Shown here: in pieces, positions 51,221-59,488 of the stretch
Position numbering within the stretch: position 1 is the stretch's first letter
Layout of the letters: each line of letters opens with the position of its first letter
Assembly: GCA_963702425.1 (NCBI GenBank)
Contig: CAVPCQ010000031.1
Coordinates: 1-63,432, forward strand
DNA length: 63,432 nucleotides
Source of the DNA: an uncultured Acidobacteriota bacterium
Lineage (GTDB): Bacteria; Acidobacteriota; Polarisedimenticolia; J045
Direction of reading: 5' to 3'
Notes under the pieces: model-generated
Database searches by the model: none
Told to the model about the DNA's origin: nothing
Seen by the model: the letters and a program-made list of their open reading frames with translations, nothing else
Position numbers and translations under genes: made by a program

Positions 51221-52000
51221 GTGGACGCATCGACCGTCATCGGACTGATCGTGGCCGTCACCCTGATCGGCGCCGCCGTCGCCCTCGGCGACCGGCCCGT
51301 GCAGTTCGTCGACGCCGCGTCGCTGCTGATCGTGCTCGGCGGCACGCTCGGCGTGACCTTCATCAAGAACCCGCTCGGGCGCGTCTTCTCGACCTTCGCG
51401 GTCGTGCGAAACGCCTTCATGCGCAAGGCGCCGCGCCCGGACGACCTGATCGACGAGCTGGTCGCGCTCTCGCGCACCGCGCGCCGCGAGAGCCTGCTGG
51501 CGCTCGAGCGCCTCGAGATCAAGGACCCGTTCCTCGCGCGCGCGGTCGGCCTCGCGGTCGACGGCTACGAGCCCGAAACGATCCGCCAGATGCTCGAGAC
51601 CGAGACCGCCGCGCTCGCGCAGCGACACAAGTACGGCCAGGAGCTGCTGGAGGGGATGGCGGCTTCGGCCCCCGCCTTCGGCATGATCGGGACCCTGATC
51701 GGGCTGGTGCGGATGCTCTCGACGCTGGAGGAGCCGTCGAAGATCGGACCGGCCATGGCACTCGCGATCCTCACCACGCTCTACGGCTCGCTGATCGCCT
51801 ACCTCCTCTGCCTGCCGCTGGCCGAGAAGCTGAAGAACCGCAGCCGCGAGGAGGTGGCTGCGCGCCTGCTGGTGGTGGAGGGGATCCTGGCGATCGTCGA
51901 GGGGGACCACCCGGCGTCGGTGCAGCAGAAGCTGACGGCCCACGTCGCCCCGGCGCTGCGGCGCGCGGCGAACCGGCGGCCGGGAACGGAGGCGGCGTGA
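51221..52000 (+). CDS. motA: Stator A subunit (PomA/MotP-like)
   Basis: SLLIVLGGT, ARRESLLALE, APAFGMIGTLIGL, IGPAMALAILTTLYG. Confidence 0.95.
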   Translation: MDASTVIGLIVAVTLIGAAVALGDRPVQFVDAASLLIVLGGTLGVTFIKNPLGRVFSTFAVVRNAFMRKAPRPDDLIDELVALSRTARRESLLALERLEIKDPFLARAVGLAVDGYEPETIRQMLETETAALAQRHKYGQELLEGMAASAPAFGMIGTLIGLVRMLSTLEEPSKIGPAMALAILTTLYGSLIAYLLCLPLAEKLKNRSREEVAARLLVVEGILAIVEGDHPASVQQKLTAHVAPALRRAANRRPGTEAA

Positions 52001-52710
52001 AGCGGGAGCCCCTGACGATCGCGCTCGAGGACGACGCGCCGCGACCCGGCGCACCGGCCTGGATGCTCACCTACGGCGACCTGATGTCGCTCCTGCTGTG
52101 CTTCTTCATCATGCTGCTGGCGTTCAGCACGATGGAACGGGAGCGCTTCAAGGTGGTCTCGGGGTTCATCCGCGACGCCTTCGGCGTGCAGACCGCCCGC
52201 CGTACGACGGACGTCCCGGTCGGCGCCGCGATCCTCGACAACACGACCTCGATGCCGGCCTACGCCAAGGCGCAGCTCCTCGAGCAGGCGAAGGACGCGC
52301 TGCGCGACGCGGCGCCGGAACTGGGCGCCGAAGTGATGCTCGAGGACGCGGGAGTGCGGATCCGGATGAACAACGGACCGCTCTTCAAGCCGGCCAGTGC
52401 CGAGCTGGAGTCCGCCGCCGGCGCGCCGCTGGCGCGGATCGCAGCGCTGATCCGCGAGGTCGGCGCGCGGGCGACGGTGGAAGGGCACAGCGACAACGTG
52501 CCGATGCGCGGCGCGGCGTTCCCGAGCAATTGGGAACTGTCCGCGGCACGCGCGGGTGCCGTGGTGCGGTTCATGACTGCGCATGGACTGGCGCCGGTGC
52601 GGCTGGAGGCGGTGGGACACGCCGACACGCGGCCGGTCGGAGACAACACGACGGAGGAAGGCCGGCGCCGGAACCGAAGAGTCGAGATCCTGGTCCGGAC
52701 CGAGCGTTGA
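51997..52710 (+). CDS. motB: Stator B subunit (PomB/MotS-like)
   Basis: WMLTYGDLMSLLLCFFIMLL; OmpA-like VEGHSD, NWELSAARA, NRRVEI. Confidence 0.95.
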   Translation: MKREPLTIALEDDAPRPGAPAWMLTYGDLMSLLLCFFIMLLAFSTMERERFKVVSGFIRDAFGVQTARRTTDVPVGAAILDNTTSMPAYAKAQLLEQAKDALRDAAPELGAEVMLEDAGVRIRMNNGPLFKPASAELESAAGAPLARIAALIREVGARATVEGHSDNVPMRGAAFPSNWELSAARAGAVVRFMTAHGLAPVRLEAVGHADTRPVGDNTTEEGRRRNRRVEILVRTER

Positions 52711-52735
52711 TCGCCCGGATTCGAGAGGTGCAGAG

Positions 52736-53248
52736 ATGGCGGAAGAGACCAAGCCCGCGGAAGGCAAGAAGAGCAAGCTGAAGCTGTTCATCATCATCGG
52801 CGTCGTGCTCGTCGTCCTCGCGGGTGGCGGCACCGCGGCGCTGCTGATCTTCGGCGGCGGCGGCAAAAAGGCCGAGGCGGCCGAGGGGAAGGATGGTGAG
52901 GGGGGGCACGGCGGCGAGAAGGGCGAGGGAAAGCCGGGCGAGTCGCTGGTCTCCTTCGACACCTTCGTCGTCAATCTCGCCGATCCCAAGGGGGACCGTT
53001 TCCTCAAGGCGACGCTCCGCGCCGTGCTGAGCGACCCCGAGGTCGCGGCCGAGCTGCAGAAGGACGAGCTGACGCGCACGCGGGTCCGTGATCGGATCAT
53101 CTCGGTGCTGACCTCGAAGTCCTTCGAGGAGGTGGCGAGCCCCGGCGGCAAGGACTCGCTGCGCCAGCAACTGCTGCGCGAGATCAACCAGTCGCTGCCC
53201 GACGACGTGGTCTCGGAGGTGTTGTTCGTGGAGTTCGTCGTGCAGTGA
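52736..53248 (+). CDS. fliL: FliL
   Basis: KKSKLKL + TM helix; FVVNLAD..GDRFLK; GKDSLRQQL; VLFVEFVVQ. Confidence 0.94.
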   Translation: MAEETKPAEGKKSKLKLFIIIGVVLVVLAGGGTAALLIFGGGGKKAEAAEGKDGEGGHGGEKGEGKPGESLVSFDTFVVNLADPKGDRFLKATLRAVLSDPEVAAELQKDELTRTRVRDRIISVLTSKSFEEVASPGGKDSLRQQLLREINQSLPDDVVSEVLFVEFVVQ

Positions 53249-53255
53249 CGCAGGA

Positions 53256-53365
53256 CGGGCCGGCACGGAGGCCGGCCCCTACGGGTCCCGCACGGCGAGC
53301 TGTAGGGGCCGGCCTCCGTGCCGGCCCGCACGGCCGTTGTAGGGGCCGGCCTCCGTGCCGGCCCG
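53256..53365. repeat. Cluster of three GTAG-type REP palindromes (one inverted, two direct)
   Basis: GTAGGGGCCGGCCTCCGTGCCGGCCCG at 53302-53328 and 53339-53365; reverse complement at 53256-53282. Confidence 0.88.
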
Positions 53366-53387
53366 CACGGCCGCAGGAGGAGCCGAC

Positions 53388-53660
53388 ATGGACGTCACCA
53401 TCGGCGCGGTCACCCGCGTCGGCGACAAGGCGGAGGCCAGGGAGGGCGCGGGCGCCCAGCTCGAGGCCCGTCTGCTCCACGTCCGCAGCCCGCGCCGGAC
53501 GCGCCGCTCCAAAGCCGCCGAGGAGCGCGCGGCCGGCTCCCCCGCGGCCGACCCGCCCGGAGCCCGGGTCCTCGTGCTGCTCGTCCCCGACGCCTTCCGC
53601 CTGCCGCCCGACCTCGACCAGGGGCGTTACCGCGTCTTCCTGCGCTTCGTCCGCCGGTAA
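53388..53660 (+). CDS. Small hypothetical protein
   Basis: Strong AGGAGG RBS; 90 aa; C-terminal RVLVLLVPD...GRYRVFLRF. Confidence 0.6.
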   Translation: MDVTIGAVTRVGDKAEAREGAGAQLEARLLHVRSPRRTRRSKAAEERAAGSPAADPPGARVLVLLVPDAFRLPPDLDQGRYRVFLRFVRR

Positions 53661-53723
53661 ACCGCGAGCGGCTTGCCGCCGAGGGGGAGCGGTCTTACTC
53701 TGTTCTCGTCAACGCGCACCCGT

Positions 53724-54074
53724 GGGGGCGAAAGGACTCGACGGGGATCGGAAAGCGCGGGTGGCACGCCGAGGCTCCCGGTCCTCGCTAAAAGCGGGAA
53801 GCTCAATAAACGCCAACACCAACTACGCAATCGCTGCCTAACTAAAGGCGGTGCGTCCTCTCCGATCCGCCCGTGGGTTGGAGTCAGGGCGTCAACGTAC
53901 GCGGGCTGGCTCGAGGCGGGCGGCCCACCCACCGAGAGCGAGATCAATGGGCTGGCCGGACGCGATCCTGCCCTTCGGAGCGCGCGAGGCGAGATCCAAA
54001 AGAAGCGGCTAAGCGTGTAGAAGCCCGTCGTAGACCATCCTCGGACGTGGGTTCGATTCCCACCGCCTCCACCA
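53724..54074 (+). ncRNA. ssrA: tmRNA; tag peptide (A)ANTNYAIAA
   Basis: 5' GGGGGCG pairs with 3' CGCCTCC-ACCA (G.U at pair 3); GACTCGAC D-loop analog; T-arm GTGGGTTCGATTCCCAC; tag frame 53812-53841 ends in AA-stop. Confidence 0.97.
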
Positions 54075-54177
54075 GGCTTCGTTCCCGGCTTCGCCGGGAA
54101 CTACGCCCTGGCGAGCTACCTGAAGCCGGGGACGAAGCCTGGTGCCACGGCGTAGCCCGGCGCAGCCGGGCGAAGCC
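54075..54177. repeat. Inverted pair of REP-like hairpin units
   Basis: GGCTTC-GTTCCCGGC/TTC/GCCGGGAAC-TACGCC (54075-54107) and GGCGTA-GCCCGGC/GCA/GCCGGGC-GAAGCC (54149-54177); the flanks are reverse complements. Confidence 0.7.
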
Positions 54178-54277
54178 GGGCTGCCTCGACCACGCGGTCT
54201 CAGATCTGATCCCGCTTTCGGGACGCGTGCTCCGGTCCGCCGCGCGCCATGGGGCCCCGTGGCCCTACGATCGCGAC

Positions 54278-54526
54278 ATGGGAGCCTTCCAGTACGTCTA
54301 CATACTCGTCAGCGAGCCGGATCCACAGAGGCACTACACCGGCGTGACCGCGGACCTGAAGGCGCGCCTCCGCACGCACAATGCGGGCCGGAGCGCTCAC
54401 ACGTCCCAGGGACGCCCGTGGCGCATCGAGACGGTGGTGGCGTTCCGCTCGCGCGAGAAAGCTGAGGCCTTCGAGCGTTACCTCAAGACCCACTCGGGCC
54501 GCGCGTTCGCCACGAAGCACTTCTGA
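54278..54526 (+). CDS. Small stand-alone GIY-YIG nuclease (UPF0213-like)
   Basis: YVYIL...HYTGVTADLKARLRTHNAG...T...RPW...A..FERYLK..SGRAF. Confidence 0.92.
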   Translation: MGAFQYVYILVSEPDPQRHYTGVTADLKARLRTHNAGRSAHTSQGRPWRIETVVAFRSREKAEAFERYLKTHSGRAFATKHF

Positions 54527-54751
54527 AGGTCCCGGCGGCCGGAGTGACCGTGTCGCTCCTCCTCGTCCGGGGGAATCGCCGCACGCAGGCGAGCGTCAAC
54601 CCGGGCTGCTCCGCGCGCGAGCTCCTCGGAGCCGGAGTCGAGGGCGCTGCCGAATGACCGGATGCTCAGGCCCGTTCCCGATCCCCGCTTGCCTGACCGC
54701 TGCGGGGACCGATAGGGTGTCCGCGCTCGAGATCGCCCGGGGAGGTGGCGC

Positions 54752-55864
54752 ATGATCACGCCCGCGCTGGTGGACCGGTTCCTCGAAGGTGTCACTGGCC
54801 AGGCCCTTCGGGAGGGGACGCGCTACGCTCGCGAGGCGAGGGTCGGAGACCTCGTCGGATCCGGCGAGGGCGTGTCGACGGTCGTGCGAGGCCGGACAGG
54901 CGACTTCGAGACGGCGCTGTGGGTCGAAGGCGGCGTGCTCGAGCACCGCTGCAGCTGCCCCTCGTGGCGGGACCCGTGCAAGCACCGGGTGGCGGCCGCC
55001 CTCGTGCTGCGGCAGTGCCTGGCGAAGCCCGCAGGGCTCTCCGGTGGCCGGCGACCCGGGCGCGGCGGCACGCCGGCGCAGATCGTGCCCGACCCCGGGC
55101 AGCCGCGCCGCCAGGCTCTTGACGAGCGCCGTCTCGCCGCTCGTCGCGAGAAGCTGCGCGTGAGCCTGGACGTCGCCCCATTCCTCCGGGTCGCGAGCCC
55201 CTCGGGTTTCGCCTACCGCATCCACCTGCGGGGCGATGCGGACGGCCCTCACTCGTGCGATTGCCCGGACCTCGCAGGCCCGGCGGTGTTCGTCAGCACC
55301 GACGCGGGGGGCTTGGGGCTGAATCTCCAGGCGGCGGACGTCGTCGTCAACCTGGACCTGCCGTGGAATCCGGCCCGCCTCGAGCAGCGGATCGCCCGCG
55401 TCCACCGGATCGGCTCGAAGCGCACCGTGCAGATCGTGCTGCTCGTCTGCAAGGACAGCATCGAGGAGCGCATCCTGCGACTTCACGACACCAAGCGGAA
55501 CGTGCTGGAGAACGTCTGGGCGAAGGAGGGCGAGGATGTGATCGCCTCGCCCGGCGGCAGCGGTGCATTCCGCGAGATGCTGAAAGCGCTGCTTGCGACC
55601 CGGGCACTGGGCGTCGAGGACGAGATCGCCGCAGACGAGACCCATCCCTCGGCCACGCCCCCGGTCGCCGCGGAGGTGCCTGCGCCCGCGGCTCTGTCGC
55701 CCGCAGCTCCAGCGCCCGCGATCCCTGCGCCCGTCGTGGACCCCGCAACACTCGCGGCCGCGGTGGCCGCCGTCGCTCCGGCGCTGCCGCCGGAGCACCG
55801 CAACTCGCTGGCCGTCGTCTTCCGCGCGCTGGCAGAGGCCCTGGAGGCAGGAGGATCGTCGTGA
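54752..55864 (+). CDS. SWIM zinc finger joined directly to an SNF2 helicase C-terminal fragment (internally deleted, possible pseudogene)
   Basis: CSCP...CKH SWIM; second SWIM cut after CDCPD; then [15 protein letters not shown]...[20 protein letters not shown]; no Walker A or DEAH motif. Confidence 0.8.
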   Translation: MITPALVDRFLEGVTGQALREGTRYAREARVGDLVGSGEGVSTVVRGRTGDFETALWVEGGVLEHRCSCPSWRDPCKHRVAAALVLRQCLAKPAGLSGGRRPGRGGTPAQIVPDPGQPRRQALDERRLAARREKLRVSLDVAPFLRVASPSGFAYRIHLRGDADGPHSCDCPDLAGPAVFVSTDAGGLGLNLQAADVVVNLDLPWNPARLEQRIARVHRIGSKRTVQIVLLVCKDSIEERILRLHDTKRNVLENVWAKEGEDVIASPGGSGAFREMLKALLATRALGVEDEIAADETHPSATPPVAAEVPAPAALSPAAPAPAIPAPVVDPATLAAAVAAVAPALPPEHRNSLAVVFRALAEALEAGGSS

Positions 55865-56481
55865 GTGGCGAGCAGAATGGGGAATCCCTGGAAGCTCCGG
55901 ACGAGCGCCCTGACGCGGACGACGAGTTCCCATGGGACGAAGGCGAACCTTCGACCGCCGACGTCGGAAAGGAGGGCCGGCTTCTCGAACGACGCCAGCA
56001 ACAGTTCCGGGCGGCCGCGAGACGCCTCGCCGCCGCCTTCGCGGAGATTCCATCGGTCCGGCGCATCGTGCTCTTCGGGTCGGTGGCGGTCCCCCTACGT
56101 GCCGAGATTCCGCGCTTCCGTGCGTACCGACGGGCCGGCGTTGCGCTGCCGCACGAATGCCGCGACATCGATCTCGCCGTCTGGCTGGACGATCTCGCCG
56201 ACCTCCGCCGCCTCGGGATGGCGCGAAGTCGTGCTCTGAACCAATTGCTGGCCGAAACGGACATCGGCGTCGCCCATCACCAGGTGGACGTGTTCCTGTT
56301 CGAGCCCCGGACCGATCGCTACCTCGGCCGCCTCTGCATCTTCAACCAGTGCCCCAAGGGCAAGCGCGAGTGTCTCGTGCCGGGATGTGGCGAGACGCGC
56401 TTTCTGCGACAGATCGAGGGGTTCGAGTTCCGCCCTGACGCACTGAGTCCCGAGCGGAGCATGGTGCTCCTCGAACGCTAG
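55861..56481 (+). CDS. Pol-beta-superfamily nucleotidyltransferase-like protein with C-terminal Cys4 cluster
   Basis: IVLFGSVA...DIDLAVW...QVDVF; [18 protein letters not shown]; GTGA overlap with the upstream gene. Confidence 0.65.
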   Translation: MSGEQNGESLEAPDERPDADDEFPWDEGEPSTADVGKEGRLLERRQQQFRAAARRLAAAFAEIPSVRRIVLFGSVAVPLRAEIPRFRAYRRAGVALPHECRDIDLAVWLDDLADLRRLGMARSRALNQLLAETDIGVAHHQVDVFLFEPRTDRYLGRLCIFNQCPKGKRECLVPGCGETRFLRQIEGFEFRPDALSPERSMVLLER

Positions 56482-56671
56482 GCCGGCACCGCGAGGACGG
56501 TAGGGTCAAGAACCGGACCGTCTGCCCGGGTGGCCCCGCTCCCCGGACTCAGGCAGAAGGCGTATTATCAGGGCGTCCTCGAGAGCGCACGGGACCGGTC
56601 CGCAAGACGGGCCGTTCGAGCGTTGTTTGGCGCGGGTTGCCGAGGGTGAAGCAGCCGCAGGAGGGCCGTCC

Positions 56672-57136
56672 ATGTACCCCTTCAAGAAGATTCTCTGCCC
56701 GACGGACTTCAGCGAGCCCGCTGACTCCGCCCTGCAGGTGGCGCGCGAGATGGCGCACGCCATGCAGTCGAAGCTGCTCCTCCTGAACGTCGTGGTGCCG
56801 GTCGCCGTCCCGGTCGCCGTTGAAATCCCGGTCGGCGCGGCCGTGACGCCGGAGGCCGCGCTCCGCCGGTACCGGGAGCAGGCGGAGGAGATGATCGGCG
56901 CGCTGGTCGAGGTGCTGAAGCCGACCGGCCTCGACGTGCAGGGGCTGGTCGTCGAGGGCGACCCGGCCGACGCGATCGTCGCCGCCGCAGAGCGCGAGGC
57001 CGCCGACCTGGTCGTGATCGCGACGCACGGGCGGACCGGCTGGCGGCGGCTGGTCTTCGGCTCGGTGGCGGAGAAGGTGATCCGCCACGCGGCCTGCCCG
57101 GTGCTGACGATCCGCGAGCCGCGCGTCGCGCATTGA
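56672..57136 (+). CDS. Universal stress protein
   Basis: KKILCPTDFS, GDPADAI, DLVVIATHGRTG...GSVAEKVIRHAACPVL. Confidence 0.95.
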   Translation: MYPFKKILCPTDFSEPADSALQVAREMAHAMQSKLLLLNVVVPVAVPVAVEIPVGAAVTPEAALRRYREQAEEMIGALVEVLKPTGLDVQGLVVEGDPADAIVAAAEREAADLVVIATHGRTGWRRLVFGSVAEKVIRHAACPVLTIREPRVAH

Positions 57137-57160
57137 GTCGACGCTTCGGGGATCCCGTCG

Positions 57161-57952
57161 CTAGCCCGCTCGCTCCGCTGACCCCGGCAGCGGCGCCACC
57201 GGGCTGAGCCCGCGCGCGTTGACCTCCGCCAGCACGCGCGGCAGCACCTCCAGCACCGCGCGCTGCGCCGGCCCGTCGTGCAGCAGCAGGATCGCGCCGG
57301 GACGGACCGCGGGCGCGAGCCGCTGCCAGACCCGTTCCGGGTCCTTCCGCACCGCGTCGAAGCCCCGCCGCGTCCACGAGACGAGCGACAGCTCGAGCGT
57401 CGCCAGCACCGGGTCGAGCAGGGGGGAGCGCAGCCCCGCCGGGGGGCGGAAGAAGCGCGGCCGCCGCCCCGTGAGCGACTCGACCAGCGCGTTGGCGTGC
57501 GCCAGCTCGCGCGTCAGGTGCCGCACTCCGTACCACGGGAAGTGCGGACTGTGAACGAGGGTGTGGTTCTCGACCGCGTGGCCGCGGTGCGCCATCTCGA
57601 TCACCAGCCGCGAGTGCCGGTCGGCCCGCTCGCCGACGACGAAGAACGATCCCTTCGCGCCCGCCGCGTCGAGCAGGTCGAGCACGCGCGGCGTGATCTC
57701 GGGGTCGGGGCCGTCGTCGAAGGTCAGCGCGAGCTCGCCGCGCGCCGCGGCCTCGGTCGGCAGCGCGCGCAGGTTGGGGCCGAGCAGGCGCGAGCGCGGC
57801 CACATCCCGGCCGCCGCCAGCGCGGCGTGGTCGCCGACGAGCGTCCCGAGCGCCCAGGGCCAGGTCGGCGGGTCGAGCGCGATCAGGCCAAGCAGGCCCC
57901 CGTGCAGTACGGCCGAGCCCCAGACGAACGGCGACGGCTGCCAGCGCGCCAT
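57161..57952 (-). CDS. Membrane-anchored polysaccharide deacetylase (NodB/CE4)
   Basis: LTFDDGP, ENHTLVH, FFRPPAG, ILLLHDG. Confidence 0.92.
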   Translation of the reverse strand: MARWQPSPFVWGSAVLHGGLLGLIALDPPTWPWALGTLVGDHAALAAAGMWPRSRLLGPNLRALPTEAAARGELALTFDDGPDPEITPRVLDLLDAAGAKGSFFVVGERADRHSRLVIEMAHRGHAVENHTLVHSPHFPWYGVRHLTRELAHANALVESLTGRRPRFFRPPAGLRSPLLDPVLATLELSLVSWTRRGFDAVRKDPERVWQRLAPAVRPGAILLLHDGPAQRAVLEVLPRVLAEVNARGLSPVAPLPGSAERAG

Positions 57953-59400
57953 CAGCGGTCCCCGTCCTGCGCGACCCCGCCGTCCGCGAACCGCTCGAGG
58001 ATCGCGCGCCGGTCGACCTTCCCGCGTGCGCTGCGCGGCAGCGCGTCGAAGAAGGTGATCGCGCGCGGGGCCTTGTGCGCCGCGAGCCGCTCGACGCACC
58101 AGGTGCGCACCGCGTTCCAGCCCAGCCCGGCGCGGGTCGCGACCGCGGCCGCGACGCGCTCGGTCCCCGTCACCGGGTCGCGCAGCGCGAGCACGACGAC
58201 CTCCTCCACGCCCGGCATCGCGGCGATCACGCGCTCGACCTCCGCCGGGTCGACCTTCTTGCCGCGCACGTTGATCCAGCCGTCGGCGCGGCCGACCAGG
58301 TGCAGCTCGCCATCGACGAGGCGCCCGTAGTCGCCGGTGCGGAAGACCCCGCCCGCCAGGCGCGGATCGGGCTCGGGGAGGTAACCCGCCGTTACCGCGG
58401 CCGAGCGGACGACCACGCGTCCCGTTCCTTCCGGCACCCCGTCTTCGTCTTCCAGCTCGATCGCCACGCCCTCCACCGGCGCGCCGATCGCCCCGCGCTC
58501 GGCGGCGTCGCCGCGCCGGTCGAAAGCGATCCCGCCGCACTCCGACGCCCCATAGAACGCGTGCACGCCGCGGCCGTAGATCGCGCGGAAGCGACGCGCG
58601 ACCTCGGGCGCCAGCGGCGCACCGGCGGTGATCACGAGCCGCAGCGACGGCGGCCACGGCGGCGGCGTTCCCAGCGCGACGAGCGCGGCGATGAAGGCCG
58701 GCACCGTCGGGAGGAACGTCGCGTCCAGCGCGCGTGCGGCATCGAGTGTGGCGAACAGCCCCTCGGGTCCGGGGAAGATCAGCGGCGTGCCGCGCCGCAG
58801 CGGCGGCAGCGCGACCGAGGCCAGGCCGTAGGAGTGCGACAGCGGGACCGCGGCGACGATCCGGTCCTCGGCGACCAGCCCCATCGAGCGCGTCAGCTGC
58901 TCGTCGTCGGCGATCAACGCCGCCGCGGGCGCGATCACGCCCTTCGGTTCGCCCGTTGTGCCGGAGGAGAGCTTGACGACGGCGGCGCCGGCGCACGCGG
59001 GCGGTGCTCCGGCTCCCCGCACCGCGGTCACGGTGAGGGCGCCGGGTTCGGCCAGCGAGACCGGCCACGGCCCCTCGACCCGTACCACCGCGGCCGCACC
59101 GAGGGCCTCTGCGACGCGGATCAGCTCGGTCTCGGGCGCGCCGCTGTCGGCGAGCGCCGGCACGAGCCCCCGCTCCCAGAGCGCGAGCAGCCCGGCCAGG
59201 AAGCCGCTGCCGTTCGGTGCCGAGTAGACGACCAGCGCGCCCGCGGGCAGCCCGGCTGCAGCCAGCCGTCCCGCGGCTCCCGCCGCCAGCACGGAAAGGA
59301 CGGCGCGCGTCGTCGCCGGCGCCCCTGTCCGCAGCAGGAGCGGCGCGTCGGGCGCGGCTTGAAGCGTTCGCCGCCAGTCAAGTAAGATCGGGTTAGTCAT
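57952..59400 (-). CDS. Adenylate-forming acyl-CoA/acyl-ACP ligase
   Basis: SSGTTGEPKG, YGASECGG, FRTGDYG, GR.DGWINVRGKKV, RGKVDR. Confidence 0.92.
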   Translation of the reverse strand: MTNPILLDWRRTLQAAPDAPLLLRTGAPATTRAVLSVLAAGAAGRLAAAGLPAGALVVYSAPNGSGFLAGLLALWERGLVPALADSGAPETELIRVAEALGAAAVVRVEGPWPVSLAEPGALTVTAVRGAGAPPACAGAAVVKLSSGTTGEPKGVIAPAAALIADDEQLTRSMGLVAEDRIVAAVPLSHSYGLASVALPPLRRGTPLIFPGPEGLFATLDAARALDATFLPTVPAFIAALVALGTPPPWPPSLRLVITAGAPLAPEVARRFRAIYGRGVHAFYGASECGGIAFDRRGDAAERGAIGAPVEGVAIELEDEDGVPEGTGRVVVRSAAVTAGYLPEPDPRLAGGVFRTGDYGRLVDGELHLVGRADGWINVRGKKVDPAEVERVIAAMPGVEEVVVLALRDPVTGTERVAAAVATRAGLGWNAVRTWCVERLAAHKAPRAITFFDALPRSARGKVDRRAILERFADGGVAQDGDR

Positions 59401-59488
59401 CGACTTAGCCGACAGGTTACCGGAATCCGCGAACACCGGTCACCGGCCCTCGGCTCGCTTTCCCCCCCCCACGCGCGGAGAGACGCCC

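Noticed and set aside
53256-53365. Possible mini CRISPR array
   Set aside because: Mixed orientation, spacers of only 10-19 nt, GTAG ends and no cas genes; these are REPs
53245-53841. 198-aa ORF ending in ANTNYAIAA
   Set aside because: Chance open frame through the REP cluster and into the tmRNA tag; not a gene
54075-57160. Integrative element or prophage at tmRNA
   Set aside because: No integrase or phage genes, and no duplicated tmRNA 3' end noticed in the window
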